DNA of 51,537 bases. Origin: Lentisphaeria bacterium (lineage in GTDB: Bacteria > Verrucomicrobiota > Lentisphaeria > Victivallales > Victivallaceae). Below the pieces are notes generated by a model. It had not been told where the DNA came from. It made no database searches and saw nothing but the letters and a program-made list of their open reading frames with translations. Of the stretch, positions 9,191-18,227 are shown one piece after another. The position numbers and the translations under genes were made by a program. The DNA lies in contig JAGBWB010000152.1 of the NCBI GenBank assembly GCA_017629975.1, positions 1 to 51,537 of the forward strand. Reading direction: 5' to 3'. Positions within the stretch are counted from its first letter, which is position 1, and every line of letters starts with the position of its first letter.

Positions 9191-12160
9191 ATGAAAAAAT
9201 TACTGATCGCTGCACTTGCAGTGTCCGCCTTCCTCTGCTGCGAAGCTATGCCGGCTTTCGCACCCAAAGCCGTCAGTCCCCGGCGGTACAATGTGGGTAA
9301 AAAAGCGGAAATCACTCTGGTCAAAAACGGCAAGGCCGCCTTTGAAGTGGTCGCTCCCCGGAGCGCCGCACCCATTGCCAAATTCGCCGCTCAGGAGCTG
9401 GCAGATTTCATGGGCAGGATCACCAATTCCAAAGTGACTGTCAAAACCGCTCCCTCCGGCAAAGTTCCCGCCATTATCGTGGGGGACAAAAAAGCCGCCG
9501 CCACTGCGGGTATCGACCTGAAAAATCTTGACCGTGACGGATTCTTTATCAAGAGCTTCAAAGGCAATGTCATCATCATCGGCAACGATGACGGTTCCCG
9601 CGATGCTGTGAAACAATCTTTCAAAGAACGGGGCACCCTGACGGGCGTCTACGATTTCCTTGAACGCTTCGGCGGCGTCAAATTCTACTTCCCCGGCGAC
9701 ATGGGAACCATCGTCCCTGTTAAGAAAAACTGGGAACTCCCCGCCATTGACATCGCAGACCGTCCCGACAGCCAGTACCGTCAGATCTACTGCATCGAGC
9801 TGAAAGCCCTCAACAAAAACAAAACGGACTTTCTGCCTGAAAGCATGAAAAAGCTGAGCGTGGGCAAGATGACCAACTTCTATCAGCGCATGAGCACCCT
9901 GCGGATCCCCAACTGCCACGGCCTTGCCTATCTGGGTCTTGTCCAGAGATTCCGCAAGAGCAACCCTGAATACTTTGCACTCCGGGGCGACGGTTCCCGT
10001 ATGGACGGAACCCACATCACCGCCCCCAGCACCCGCATGGGACATCTCTGCTTCACCTCTCCTGTGAAAGAGGTGATCTATCAGGATGCCGCCGCATTCC
10101 TTCAGGGCAAACCCGCCACCAGCCGCAATGTCCTCATGCCCAACGGCAAAGTCTACTGGAACAGCAACTTCTTCAACCGTCCTTTCTTCAACATCATGCC
10201 CAACGACGGCATGTTCGCCTGCCAGTGCCCCAAATGCAAGGCGGTCTACGCCAAAGGTCCCCAGGCCGTCTCTGAAATGATCTGGGACTTCAAAGTGGAT
10301 ATTGCCGAGCGCCTCACCGCCAACAAGATCCCTGGATACATCACCGTTATGGCTTACGCCGAATACAAACGGATCCCCCGGAGAAAGATCCCCTCCAACA
10401 TGATCGTCCACCTGGCTCTCACCGGTCCCTGGAAAGAGATGAACCCCGCCGCCCAGACCAAAGATATGCAGCTTCTCGCCGACTGGTACAAGAAGCTGGG
10501 ACAGAAAACCTATCTGTGGACCTATGCCACCAAGTGCGGCAACGCCATCACCGACATCCCCAACTTCACCCCCTATGCTGTGGGCAGTTTCTTCAAAAAG
10601 AGCGCTCCCCACTCCTTCGGAACCTTCTTTGAATCCGAAACCGACCACTGGCTTTTCGGCGCTATGAACTTCTATGTTCTCGGCAAAGTCCTCTGGGACA
10701 GCAATACCGATGTCAACGCCCTTATGGATGAACACTACGCTCTTATGTACGGCAAAGCGGCTCCGGTGCTCAAAGAGATCTATCTCACCTGGGAAAAGCA
10801 CTGGCTCAAAGACATCATGGCCAACATCCGTGAAACCTCCATCGGTCCCCAGGCAGCGCTCCCCTCTCAGTATGACATCTGGAACAAGATCTACTCCCCC
10901 GCTGAAATCAAGCGCATCGAAGGACTCTTTGACAAGGCTGAAAAGCTCACCGCCAAAGACAAAGCGGCTCTTGCCCGTGTGAAATTCATCCGCAAAGAGC
11001 TGTGGGGCAAAGTCCTTGACGGCAGAAAAGAGTTTGACAAAGCCAACAATGACCGGAAGATCTGGACCGCCGCCATGCCCGAAACCACAGCCAAGATCAC
11101 CATTGACGGCAAACTCAATGAAAAAGAGTGGAACCGCTCCACCCCTGTCCACATGATCGCCCGTACCAAAAAAGATACCCCCATTGAGGTGGGAACTCAG
11201 GTGCGTATGCTCTGCGACAAAGACAACTTCTATTTCGCCTTTGAGTGCGAAGAGCCTGAGACAAACAACCTTCTTGAAGCTAAACGCAAATTTGATGAAA
11301 TGGATCTCTGGCGGGACAACCTTGTGGAGCTCTTTTTCAGCGATGACCGTAAATCCGATGTGCTTTACCAGATCATGCTGGGCAGCAACGGATGCGTCAC
11401 CGATATGCGCTGGGTGGTCAAAAAACACGATATGAAGTGGAACAGCAACGTGGAGTACAAATCCGGCATCGTTCCCGGCAAAAAGTGGATCGCCGAACTG
11501 CGTATTCCCCGCAGTTACATGCCTGAACTCAAAGGCAAAAAGAGTTTCATGGCGAACTTCACCCGGGGCCGTATGCTGAAAGGAAAAAATGTCCAGCCCT
11601 ACTATGTCTGGTCCCCCTTCCCCAAACAGAACCCCGAAAACTGCGGAGTGGTCATCATCGGCGACAAGGTTCCCAACGACTCCATCATCCTCTACGGTGA
11701 CTTTGAAGTCAAGCCCTACGGCAAGCGTTTCCTCGGAAACTGGAAAAAGGGACAGTGGTACGGCAATAAGGTGCTGATCGTTGACAACAAGACCTTCCGT
11801 ACCGCCGGCGCCTCTGCGGTGCTGACTCCCGGCGAGGGACTGACCTACTTTCCCAAACTCAAACCCAATACCAAATACCTTTTCTCCTTCTCCGTGAAGC
11901 TGGAAAATGTGAAAGCTCAGGAGCGTAACGCCAGCGGTTTCTACTCCTATATCCGCACCGGCGGCCCCGGTCCTGCCAAGCAGTACTTCTCCATGCCCAC
12001 TTCTGCCATGACCGGTTCCAATGACTGGGTCCGTATGGAAATGGAGTTCACCACTGCCGCCAAGATCGGAACCAGAGAAAAACCTTATCTGGGCTTCACC
12101 CTGCGGAAAGCCACCGGTAAGGCATGGGTCGACAACGTGCGTCTGGTTGAAGTGAAATAA
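9191..12160 (+). CDS. Secreted DUF4838-like (glycoside-hydrolase-related) protein with CBM9-like carbohydrate-binding and C-terminal beta-sandwich domains
   Basis: Signal peptide (MKKLLIAALAVSAFLCCEA). The N-terminal region resembles DUF4838 proteins (AAQELADFMGRIT..., FFIKSFKGNVIIIGNDD, GTLTGVYDFLERFGGVKFYFPG). A mid-protein ITIDGKLNEKEWNRS...FYFAFECEE block is CBM9-like. AAGGAG RBS. Confidence 0.7.
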   Translation: MKKLLIAALAVSAFLCCEAMPAFAPKAVSPRRYNVGKKAEITLVKNGKAAFEVVAPRSAAPIAKFAAQELADFMGRITNSKVTVKTAPSGKVPAIIVGDKKAAATAGIDLKNLDRDGFFIKSFKGNVIIIGNDDGSRDAVKQSFKERGTLTGVYDFLERFGGVKFYFPGDMGTIVPVKKNWELPAIDIADRPDSQYRQIYCIELKALNKNKTDFLPESMKKLSVGKMTNFYQRMSTLRIPNCHGLAYLGLVQRFRKSNPEYFALRGDGSRMDGTHITAPSTRMGHLCFTSPVKEVIYQDAAAFLQGKPATSRNVLMPNGKVYWNSNFFNRPFFNIMPNDGMFACQCPKCKAVYAKGPQAVSEMIWDFKVDIAERLTANKIPGYITVMAYAEYKRIPRRKIPSNMIVHLALTGPWKEMNPAAQTKDMQLLADWYKKLGQKTYLWTYATKCGNAITDIPNFTPYAVGSFFKKSAPHSFGTFFESETDHWLFGAMNFYVLGKVLWDSNTDVNALMDEHYALMYGKAAPVLKEIYLTWEKHWLKDIMANIRETSIGPQAALPSQYDIWNKIYSPAEIKRIEGLFDKAEKLTAKDKAALARVKFIRKELWGKVLDGRKEFDKANNDRKIWTAAMPETTAKITIDGKLNEKEWNRSTPVHMIARTKKDTPIEVGTQVRMLCDKDNFYFAFECEEPETNNLLEAKRKFDEMDLWRDNLVELFFSDDRKSDVLYQIMLGSNGCVTDMRWVVKKHDMKWNSNVEYKSGIVPGKKWIAELRIPRSYMPELKGKKSFMANFTRGRMLKGKNVQPYYVWSPFPKQNPENCGVVIIGDKVPNDSIILYGDFEVKPYGKRFLGNWKKGQWYGNKVLIVDNKTFRTAGASAVLTPGEGLTYFPKLKPNTKYLFSFSVKLENVKAQERNASGFYSYIRTGGPGPAKQYFSMPTSAMTGSNDWVRMEMEFTTAAKIGTREKPYLGFTLRKATGKAWVDNVRLVEVK

Positions 12161-12180
12161 CACCTCCTTCCAAAAGCAAA

Positions 12181-12217
12181 GCGCCTTGAACTTTTCTTCG
12201 TTCAAGGCGCTTTTTTT
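12181..12217. terminator. Bidirectional Rho-independent terminator between convergent genes
   Basis: Perfect 11-bp stem GCGCCTTGAAC-ttttcttc-GTTCAAGGCGC, followed by T7 on the plus strand and preceded by an A-rich run (T-rich on the minus strand). Confidence 0.8.
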
Positions 12218-12257
12218 ACAGCTTGAAAAGGAGCTGCGGCAAAGGAGAGAAGTTTGA

Positions 12258-13157
12258 TTACTCCCAGGTGCCGTAGACAAGACGCTCCATGGTGGAAACA
12301 AGCTCTTTCACAGGGATCAGGTCGCGGATGAATGCCACTTCGCTCTGGCAGCTGACCAGCCGGGGAGCGCTGAGGAGTTTGGGCATCAGCTCTTTCCAGT
12401 TGATATTGCCTCTTCCGGGCAGGCTGTGCTGATCGCCGAGACCGTTGTTATCATGGATGTGACAGGTGACGATATAGGGCAGCAATTTTTCCAGCGCCGC
12501 AGGCTCCTGGATCAGATTGCCCCGCCACGCCTGCTCCACCTGATAGGCGGAATAGGCTTTGGGCTTGCCGTCGGGAGAGGGCGTCATGTAGTTGGCGTGG
12601 CCCGTATCAAAGCAGCATCCGATAAAGGGGGAGTCAAAGTGTTTCAGCAGCCACACCACCTCATCCGTGGCGTTGGACATTTCAAAACTGTTTTCCACAG
12701 CCAGAATGATCCCTGCCTTTTCGGCGGCGGGGAGAAGTTTTTCCAGAGAATCCAGCGCCAGGGAGCGCATCTTTTCAAGAGAGATTTCCGGTCTGAAAAT
12801 GCAGTCCCATGCGCCGACGTGGATCACATAGGTTTTGCATCCGGCTTCGGCAGCGTAGTTCATGCAGCGGATATGTTCGCGGATCATCTCATCCCTGCGG
12901 GAAACCACACTGCAATTGAGATCCCAGCACTCACCGAAAGGGGCGTGGATCTCAAAGAGCTTGATACCGGCCTTGCGGATCTGGCTGTCAAGGACGCTGT
13001 AATAGCGTCTTTCATCAATGATACGGGCTGCCATGTGTTCATTGATAACAATAAATTCGGCACCGTTGGCGGCAAACTCACCAAAGAGATTTGCCATCAG
13101 GGGGTCAGGAACGCCGCTGCTGCCGCAGGGCATGTGGGTCAAAGGGATCCGGCTCAT
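12258..13157 (-). CDS. Xylose-isomerase-like TIM-barrel protein (sugar phosphate isomerase/epimerase, AP_endonuc_2 superfamily)
   Basis: Motifs VENSFE, FDTGHANY and HIHDNNGLGDQHSLPGRGNINW. ATG at 13157 with an AAGGAG RBS that overlaps the mutS stop region; the track start at 13163 is TTG. Confidence 0.7.
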   Translation of the reverse strand: MSRIPLTHMPCGSSGVPDPLMANLFGEFAANGAEFIVINEHMAARIIDERRYYSVLDSQIRKAGIKLFEIHAPFGECWDLNCSVVSRRDEMIREHIRCMNYAAEAGCKTYVIHVGAWDCIFRPEISLEKMRSLALDSLEKLLPAAEKAGIILAVENSFEMSNATDEVVWLLKHFDSPFIGCCFDTGHANYMTPSPDGKPKAYSAYQVEQAWRGNLIQEPAALEKLLPYIVTCHIHDNNGLGDQHSLPGRGNINWKELMPKLLSAPRLVSCQSEVAFIRDLIPVKELVSTMERLVYGTWE

Positions 13158-13169
13158 TTTCAAAACTCC

Positions 13170-15686
13170 TTAAAATAACAGTAATTGTTCAGAATCATCA
13201 TCACGGCGGCCCTTCTTTTTGAGTCTGACTGCGTGACGGGGAAGACGGGTAACAGCATCGCGCTGGGCGTCGCCGGTGCGTTCCAGCAGCTCCAGAAGAT
13301 CGTTGGCGCGGCTCAGGACCTCCTGAGGGAGTCCGGCCAGTTTCGCCACATGGATACCGTAACTGCGGTCGCTGGGACCGGGAACGATCTGGCGCAGAAA
13401 GATGATATCTTCGCCGTACTCACGCACTGCCACATTGTAGTTGTTGACGCCCCGGCGTGTTCTTGCCAGTTCAGTCAGTTCGTGATAGTGGGTGGCGAAC
13501 TGGGTGCGGCAGCGGATCTCATCGTGGAGAAACTCCGCCACCGACCAGGCGATGGAAAGTCCGTCAAAGGTACTGGTCCCCCTGCCGATCTCGTCAAGGA
13601 TCACCAGACTCTTTGCAGTGGCATGGTTGAGGATATTGGCAGTTTCCAGCATTTCAACCATAAAGGTGCTCTGCCCCCGGGCAAGGTCATCGGCGGCGCC
13701 CACCCGGGTGAAGATCCGGTCTACAAGTCCGATTTCGGCGGAGTCGGCAGGGATGAAGGATCCCGCCTGAGCCATGATGACCAGAAGCGCCGTCTGCCGG
13801 ATATAGGTGGATTTACCCGCCATATTGGGACCTGTGATCAGCATAAGGCGGTTGAAATCACCATCCAGCTGGCAGTCATTGGGGACAAAGTTCCCCGGCG
13901 CCATGCGGTCAATGACAGGGTGTCTTCCCCCTTTGATGACAAGGCGGTCATCATCAAAGATGGCAGGGCGGATATAGTGGTTGAGCCGGGCGGTCTCGGC
14001 AAGGGCGCTGAGGGCGTCCACAGCGGCGACGGCGTCGGCTGACTCCTGAAGGGCGTGGGTGAACTCAACGGCATGGGCACGCAGATTGGCAAAGATCTCG
14101 CTTTCAAGGTTCCGCGCCTTTTCCTCGGCGCCCAGGATCTTGTTTTCAAGCTCTTTGAGTTCGGGAGTGATGAAGCGCTCGGCATTCACAAGGGTCTGCT
14201 TGCGGATATAATCTTCAGGGACGGCGCCCAGATTGGATTTGCTCACTTCAATATAATAACCGAAAACGGAGTTGAACTTCACCTTGAGGGACTTGATCCC
14301 GGTGCGTTCGATCTCCCGCATCTGGATCTGCGCCAGCCAGTTCTTGCCTTCGGTGGCAGCGGAGCGCAGCTCATCCAGTTCCGGGGAAAATCCGCTTTTG
14401 ATGACTCCCCCCTCCGAAAGAAGGGCCGGGGCCTCATCATCCACAGTCTCCTGGATCTCTTTCACAAGCTCAGAAAAGTCCGCGATGCGCCGCAGTTCTT
14501 TCTCAAAGACAGGCAGACCAAAAGGCTCAAGCAGCATCTTGACTCCGGGCAGGCAGTCAAGAGAAACGGCAAGAGCAAGCATATCCCGGGGACCGGCGCT
14601 GCCGATGTTGAGTTTGCCGGTGATCCGTTCAATATCCCGGATCACGCCGATGGTCTCCCGCAGTTCAGCAAGTGAGAGCTGGTCATACTGGAACGCCTCC
14701 ACAGCGTCAAGGCGCTCCACGATGGGGTCGTGTTCCTTGAGAGGGCGCAGCAGCCAGTTTCTGAGCTTTCTGCCCCCCATGGGGGTCACAGTTTTGTCAA
14801 TAACGCCCAGCAGAGAGCCTGCTTTGCTCTTGTCATACATGGAGCAGACGATCTCAAGGTTCCGCAGGGAGATGGGATCAAGTTCAAGGGCGCCGCTGCA
14901 TGAACGCAGTTCCAGCTTGGTCACATGTCCAGCTTCGTGGCGCAAGTTGAGGACCGCATAGCGCAAAAGAGCTCCTGCGGCGCACACCGCCTGAGGAAAC
15001 TCCCGGCAGCCGAAACCATCCATGGAAACGACGCCGAAGTGTTCGCAGAGATAAGAGTGGTTTTCCTGATAATCAAACTCATAGCTGTCAAGCTCAGTAA
15101 AGAGCATCTTCTCAGGCCCGGGGAGGGGAGGCGTATTTTTGAGTTCATCAAGCAGGTCTTTGTCTATCAGCGTCTCTCTGACATCAAAACGCCTGAGTTC
15201 AGAGTCTATCTGTTCCGGAGTACCGGTAAAAACAAAAAACTCACCCACACTGATATCCAGCACCGCCAGAGCGTAAACGCCGCTTTTATCCCGGCAGAGA
15301 GCGGCGGCATAGTTGTTGATCCCGGCGTTGAGCATGGTGCTTTCGGTAACGGTTCCGGGGGTGATGATGCGGGTGATTTCCCGCTTGACGATGCCCTTGG
15401 CAAGTTTGGGATCCTCCATCTGGTCGGCGATGGCAACTTTGAGCCCTGCCCCCACAAGTTTGGGGAGATAGCTTTCAAGGGCGTGGTGGGGGAATCCGCA
15501 CATGGGATATCCCTGCCGCTTGGTCAGTACAAGATCAAGAACGGAACTGACCTTTTCGGCATCTTCAAAAAACTCCTCGTAAAAATCCCCCAGTCTGAAA
15601 AGCAGTACAGCATCGGGGGGGATGGAGGCTTTGGCCTCTTTGTACTGCCGCATCATGGGCGTAAGGTTATCCTGAGGGGTTTTCAT
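13170..15686 (-). CDS. mutS: DNA mismatch repair protein MutS (canonical MutS1 architecture)
   Basis: 838 aa. N-terminal mismatch-binding region (TPMMRQY...GDFYEEF), Walker A (GPNMAGKST), STFMVEM and DEIGRGTST motifs. Start overlaps the folB stop (ATGA). Confidence 0.95.
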   Translation of the reverse strand: MKTPQDNLTPMMRQYKEAKASIPPDAVLLFRLGDFYEEFFEDAEKVSSVLDLVLTKRQGYPMCGFPHHALESYLPKLVGAGLKVAIADQMEDPKLAKGIVKREITRIITPGTVTESTMLNAGINNYAAALCRDKSGVYALAVLDISVGEFFVFTGTPEQIDSELRRFDVRETLIDKDLLDELKNTPPLPGPEKMLFTELDSYEFDYQENHSYLCEHFGVVSMDGFGCREFPQAVCAAGALLRYAVLNLRHEAGHVTKLELRSCSGALELDPISLRNLEIVCSMYDKSKAGSLLGVIDKTVTPMGGRKLRNWLLRPLKEHDPIVERLDAVEAFQYDQLSLAELRETIGVIRDIERITGKLNIGSAGPRDMLALAVSLDCLPGVKMLLEPFGLPVFEKELRRIADFSELVKEIQETVDDEAPALLSEGGVIKSGFSPELDELRSAATEGKNWLAQIQMREIERTGIKSLKVKFNSVFGYYIEVSKSNLGAVPEDYIRKQTLVNAERFITPELKELENKILGAEEKARNLESEIFANLRAHAVEFTHALQESADAVAAVDALSALAETARLNHYIRPAIFDDDRLVIKGGRHPVIDRMAPGNFVPNDCQLDGDFNRLMLITGPNMAGKSTYIRQTALLVIMAQAGSFIPADSAEIGLVDRIFTRVGAADDLARGQSTFMVEMLETANILNHATAKSLVILDEIGRGTSTFDGLSIAWSVAEFLHDEIRCRTQFATHYHELTELARTRRGVNNYNVAVREYGEDIIFLRQIVPGPSDRSYGIHVAKLAGLPQEVLSRANDLLELLERTGDAQRDAVTRLPRHAVRLKKKGRRDDDSEQLLLF

Positions 15687-16033
15687 TTCTGAAACTCCAT
15701 TTCAATGCGTACACCTTTTCCCGCGGCGCTGCCGGCGGCTTTGAAAAGGGAAACTTTACCGTATTGGACAAGGTCATAGGAAAGGAGCATTTTACCGATG
15801 GCTCCGGCGAGGGCCTCAAGAAGATAAAAGGAACTTTCTGAAACGATCTCAAGAGTTTGCCTTTCAATTTCAGAGTAATCCACACTTTTGAAAAGATCAT
15901 CAGAAGCGGCGGCGGCTTTCAAATCAACTCCCACCTCAATGTCAATGATGAGATTCTGCCGCCGGATCCTTTCATGGGGAAGAGTTCCGATAAGAGCGTT
16001 GACAGAAATGCCTTCAATGCGGATCTTATCCAT
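15683..16033 (-). CDS. folB: Dihydroneopterin aldolase family (T-fold) protein
   Basis: 116 aa. It aligns by eye to E. coli FolB (I.IEG.SV...IG....E....Q.L..DIE...DL.AAA.SDD....V.Y). Confidence 0.75.
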   Translation of the reverse strand: MDKIRIEGISVNALIGTLPHERIRRQNLIIDIEVGVDLKAAAASDDLFKSVDYSEIERQTLEIVSESSFYLLEALAGAIGKMLLSYDLVQYGKVSLFKAAGSAAGKGVRIEMEFQK

Positions 16034-16036
16034 CTC

Positions 16037-16714
16037 TCAGCGCTCCTGATAACAAGTGGGATCCGGCACACCCGCTTCGGCAAAGCCCGCCTTGCGGAGC
16101 GTGCAGCTGTCGCAGATACCGCAGGCATGTCCGTCGCTGTCGGGGTTGTAGCAGCTGACGGTCATGGCATAATCCACTCCGAGTGCTGTCCCGGTGCGGA
16201 TTATTTCAGCTTTGCTCATAGCCTGAAGAGGCGTTTCAATCTCCCAGCTCCATCCCTCATCTGAGGCACATGTTCCCAGATTGGCGGTGCGTTTGAAAGA
16301 GTCGATGAAAGCGGCGCGGCAGTCAGGGTATCCGGAGTAATCCACGCTGTTGACGCCGATGAAAATATGCCTTGCTTTCAAAACTTCGCCCCAGGCGGCG
16401 GCAAAAGAAAGGAAGATCATGTTCCTTGCGGGGACATAGGTCACAGGCATTTCGCCGCTGCCGTTGGCGGCAGGGACATCAATGGAGTCATCGGTAAGTG
16501 CGGAGCCACCCCACTGTCTTAAATCAATGGTCATGACCGAATGTCTGACAGCGCCGAGGCTCTTTGAAACAAGAGCGGCCCGTTCAAGTTCACATCTGTG
16601 GCGCTGACCGTAGTCAAAGGCTAAAGTGTAACATTCAAAGCCCTTTGAACGGGCAATGGCAAGACAGGTGGCGGAGTCCAGACCGCCGGAAAGTAAAACG
16701 ATAGCTTTTTCCAT
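16037..16714 (-). CDS. queC: 7-cyano-7-deazaguanine synthase
   Basis: [16 protein letters not shown]-loop and a C-terminal Zn cluster (CGICDSC). ATG at 16714 with a GAGGAG RBS; the track start at 16744 is GTG and would overlap queE. Confidence 0.9.
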   Translation of the reverse strand: MEKAIVLLSGGLDSATCLAIARSKGFECYTLAFDYGQRHRCELERAALVSKSLGAVRHSVMTIDLRQWGGSALTDDSIDVPAANGSGEMPVTYVPARNMIFLSFAAAWGEVLKARHIFIGVNSVDYSGYPDCRAAFIDSFKRTANLGTCASDEGWSWEIETPLQAMSKAEIIRTGTALGVDYAMTVSCYNPDSDGHACGICDSCTLRKAGFAEAGVPDPTCYQER

Positions 16715-16724
16715 AAAAGGCTCC

Positions 16725-17366
16725 TCAAACGCCTCTGCGGTCACCCCAGATGATCTTGTGCATCTGCAACTGCATCCGCCAGGGGAGCGGGGAGTCCATG
16801 ACCCAGGAGCTCAACTCTTCAAAAGAGACTTTGCCCCAGACGGGACTGGCAATAAGATGGGGAGTGCGTTCAGAAAGGGCGTATTTGACGATTACATCGC
16901 AGGCAAAATCAAAGTCCCTGCGCGAAGAGATGACAAACTTGACTTCATCATGTTTCTGAAGTTTGGCAAAGTTGTCGTAACAGATAAAAGAACTCATGCC
17001 TGAATCAGGCAGTTTGCAGTCCACGATCTTGCGGACCTGCACCGGGAGTGCATCCAGCGGAAGGGACCCGTTGGTTTCCACCAGGACTTCGATCCCGGCA
17101 TCAAGAAGTTTCTGACAGAGCACCGGCGTATCGGGGGAACACAAGGGTTCTCCGCCGGTGATCTCAGCAAGAGAGAGACCGCTTGAAATGACCTCTTCAA
17201 CAAGAGAGTCCACTGAACGCTCCACCCCGCCCTCAAAGGTGCGGGCATAGGCGGTGTCGCAGTAAGAACAGTTCAGATTGCACCCCATGAGCCGGATGAA
17301 AAAACACTTTCTCCCGGCATGGGTAGACTCTCCCTGAAGACTTGCAAAGGTTTCACAAACGCGCAC
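16725..17366 (-). CDS. queE: 7-carboxy-7-deazaguanine synthase (radical SAM)
   Basis: SLQGEST... and [10 protein letters not shown] radical-SAM cluster motifs. The probable start is GTG at 17366, just after the queD stop. The track start at 17453 would overlap queD by 77 nt and add a non-conserved Ala/Pro-rich leader. Confidence 0.85.
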   Translation of the reverse strand: MRVCETFASLQGESTHAGRKCFFIRLMGCNLNCSYCDTAYARTFEGGVERSVDSLVEEVISSGLSLAEITGGEPLCSPDTPVLCQKLLDAGIEVLVETNGSLPLDALPVQVRKIVDCKLPDSGMSSFICYDNFAKLQKHDEVKFVISSRRDFDFACDVIVKYALSERTPHLIASPVWGKVSFEELSSWVMDSPLPWRMQLQMHKIIWGDRRGV

Positions 17367-17376
17367 TTTAAGGTAC

Positions 17377-17748
17377 TTACTCCTCAAAATAGGTGCAGCC
17401 GGAGGAGCTGGACTCCTCAATACGGATGCTGCGCACCTTGACAGTGCCGTCATTGACGATTTCGCTGAGACGGCGGTAGATGGTCATGGCCATCACTTCG
17501 CTTGTGGGGTTCAGCTCCTGATACTCAGGGAGCTCAGAGAGGTTCTTGTGGTCATATCCGTCAAGGATCCCGTCCAGAGCGGCCTTGAGTTTCTTGAAGT
17601 CAAGGGCAATACCGATCTCGTTGAGGGTATCGGTTCTGACCACAGCGATGACATTGTAGTTGTGACCGTGGAGGTTGCGGCAGTCACCATCATAGCCTTT
17701 AAGCTGATGTGCGGCAGAAAAAGTTCTGCGGATCTCAATATCAAACAT
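17377..17748 (-). CDS. queD: 6-carboxy-5,6,7,8-tetrahydropterin synthase
   Basis: FSAAHQL...CRNLHGHNY (His triad/PTPS fold motifs). ATG at 17748 with GAGGAG 5 nt upstream; the track start at 17754 is GTG. Confidence 0.9.
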   Translation of the reverse strand: MFDIEIRRTFSAAHQLKGYDGDCRNLHGHNYNVIAVVRTDTLNEIGIALDFKKLKAALDGILDGYDHKNLSELPEYQELNPTSEVMAMTIYRRLSEIVNDGTVKVRSIRIEESSSSGCTYFEE

Positions 17749-17750
17749 AA

Positions 17751-18056
17751 TCACTCCTCGTCGTCATCAAACTCTTCGTCATCAAACTCTTCGTCATCAA
17801 ACTCTTCATCATCAATACCGTCAAATTCGTCATCATCAAATTCGCTGGCATGCTGGAACTCATCATCTTCATCAAGATCGCCGAAGATATCTTCCTGATC
17901 TTCGCCGTAATCAAATTCATCATCGTCATCCATATCATCATCGCCCATGACAAGATCAGGGGCGCCGAGCATGGCGCCGCACTCAGGGCAGCATCCGTCT
18001 TCGACTTCAATGGCAGTTTCACTGACTTCAATATTGCAATAGGGACATTTACTCAT
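17751..18056 (-). CDS. Zinc-ribbon protein with an extremely acidic, Phe-punctuated C-terminal tail
   Basis: MSKCPYCN...CCPECG (CxxC...CxxC) followed by a 64-residue tail with 42 D/E, 8 Phe and no Lys/Arg. AAGGA RBS. The stop lies 2 nt before the queD ATG. Confidence 0.75.
   Translation of the reverse strand: MSKCPYCNIEVSETAIEVEDGCCPECGAMLGAPDLVMGDDDMDDDDEFDYGEDQEDIFGDLDEDDEFQHASEFDDDEFDGIDDEEFDDEEFDDEEFDDDEE
17761..17805 (-). repeat. Perfect 3 x 15 bp in-frame tandem repeat (plus strand tcgtcatcaaactct) encoding (EEFDD)3, with a degenerate fourth copy following
   Basis: Read directly: 17761-17775, 17776-17790 and 17791-17805 are identical. Confidence 0.95.
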
Positions 18057-18119
18057 TATTACAAGGTCCTTTCTGAATGAAATGTTAAAGTAAATTTACA
18101 AGAGATAGAGGATTTCATG

Positions 18120-18147
18120 AAAAAAGGCGACCTGTTGAAAGATCGCC
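18120..18147 (-). terminator. Rho-independent terminator after the TolC-like gene
   Basis: Minus strand reads GGCGATC-tttcaaca-GGTCGCC (7 bp including one G-U) followed by TTTTTT. Confidence 0.65.
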
Positions 18148-18227
18148 TTATTTTGCCCGGGAAAGGGTGGAGAGCAGATAACCTGAGGAACGCCGCCCTC
18201 CCCCGCGGGGCAAAAGGGCAGTATTTG

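Noticed and set aside
7569-12160. The only two plus-strand genes (cstA and the DUF4838-like gene) as a possible horizontally acquired or mobile island.
   Set aside because: The segment has no integrase, transposase or tRNA target. I saw no flanking direct or inverted repeats. Promoter and terminator style and codon flavour look the same as in the rest of the window.
9200-12301. A 1033-codon open reading frame antisense to the DUF4838-like gene; it is longer than the real gene.
   Set aside because: This is a shadow ORF. It lies codon-for-codon opposite the sense gene, and its openness follows from the rarity of TTA, CTA and TCA codons in the sense frame. The product is low-complexity (G/V/D/F/H-rich) with no RBS or motifs. 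The sense ORF has a signal peptide, an RBS, a promoter, a terminator and recognisable domains.
15683-17748. Whether queC/queD/queE plus a T-fold protein form part of a Dpd-type 7-deazaguanine DNA-modification or restriction island.
   Set aside because: The window has no tgt/dpdA paralog, no ParB-like or helicase/nuclease dpd genes and no folE. The genes look like the ordinary tRNA-queuosine precursor pathway. It is kept only as a low-probability check under the operon finding.
17761-17805. Whether the tandem 15-bp repeats could be a CRISPR-like array or other non-coding repeat array.
   Set aside because: The units are directly adjacent with no spacers and only 15 bp long. They are in frame inside a coding sequence, and no cas genes are in the window.
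17548-18031. A Ser-rich ORF (SSSSSNSSSSNSSSS) on the plus strand, and an alternative minus-frame ORF (MMKSLMTKSLMTKSLM) across the acidic-tail gene.
   Set aside because: Both are frame-shifted or antisense readings of the same 15-bp repeat. Only the D/E/F frame has the zinc ribbon, an RBS and tight coupling to queD.
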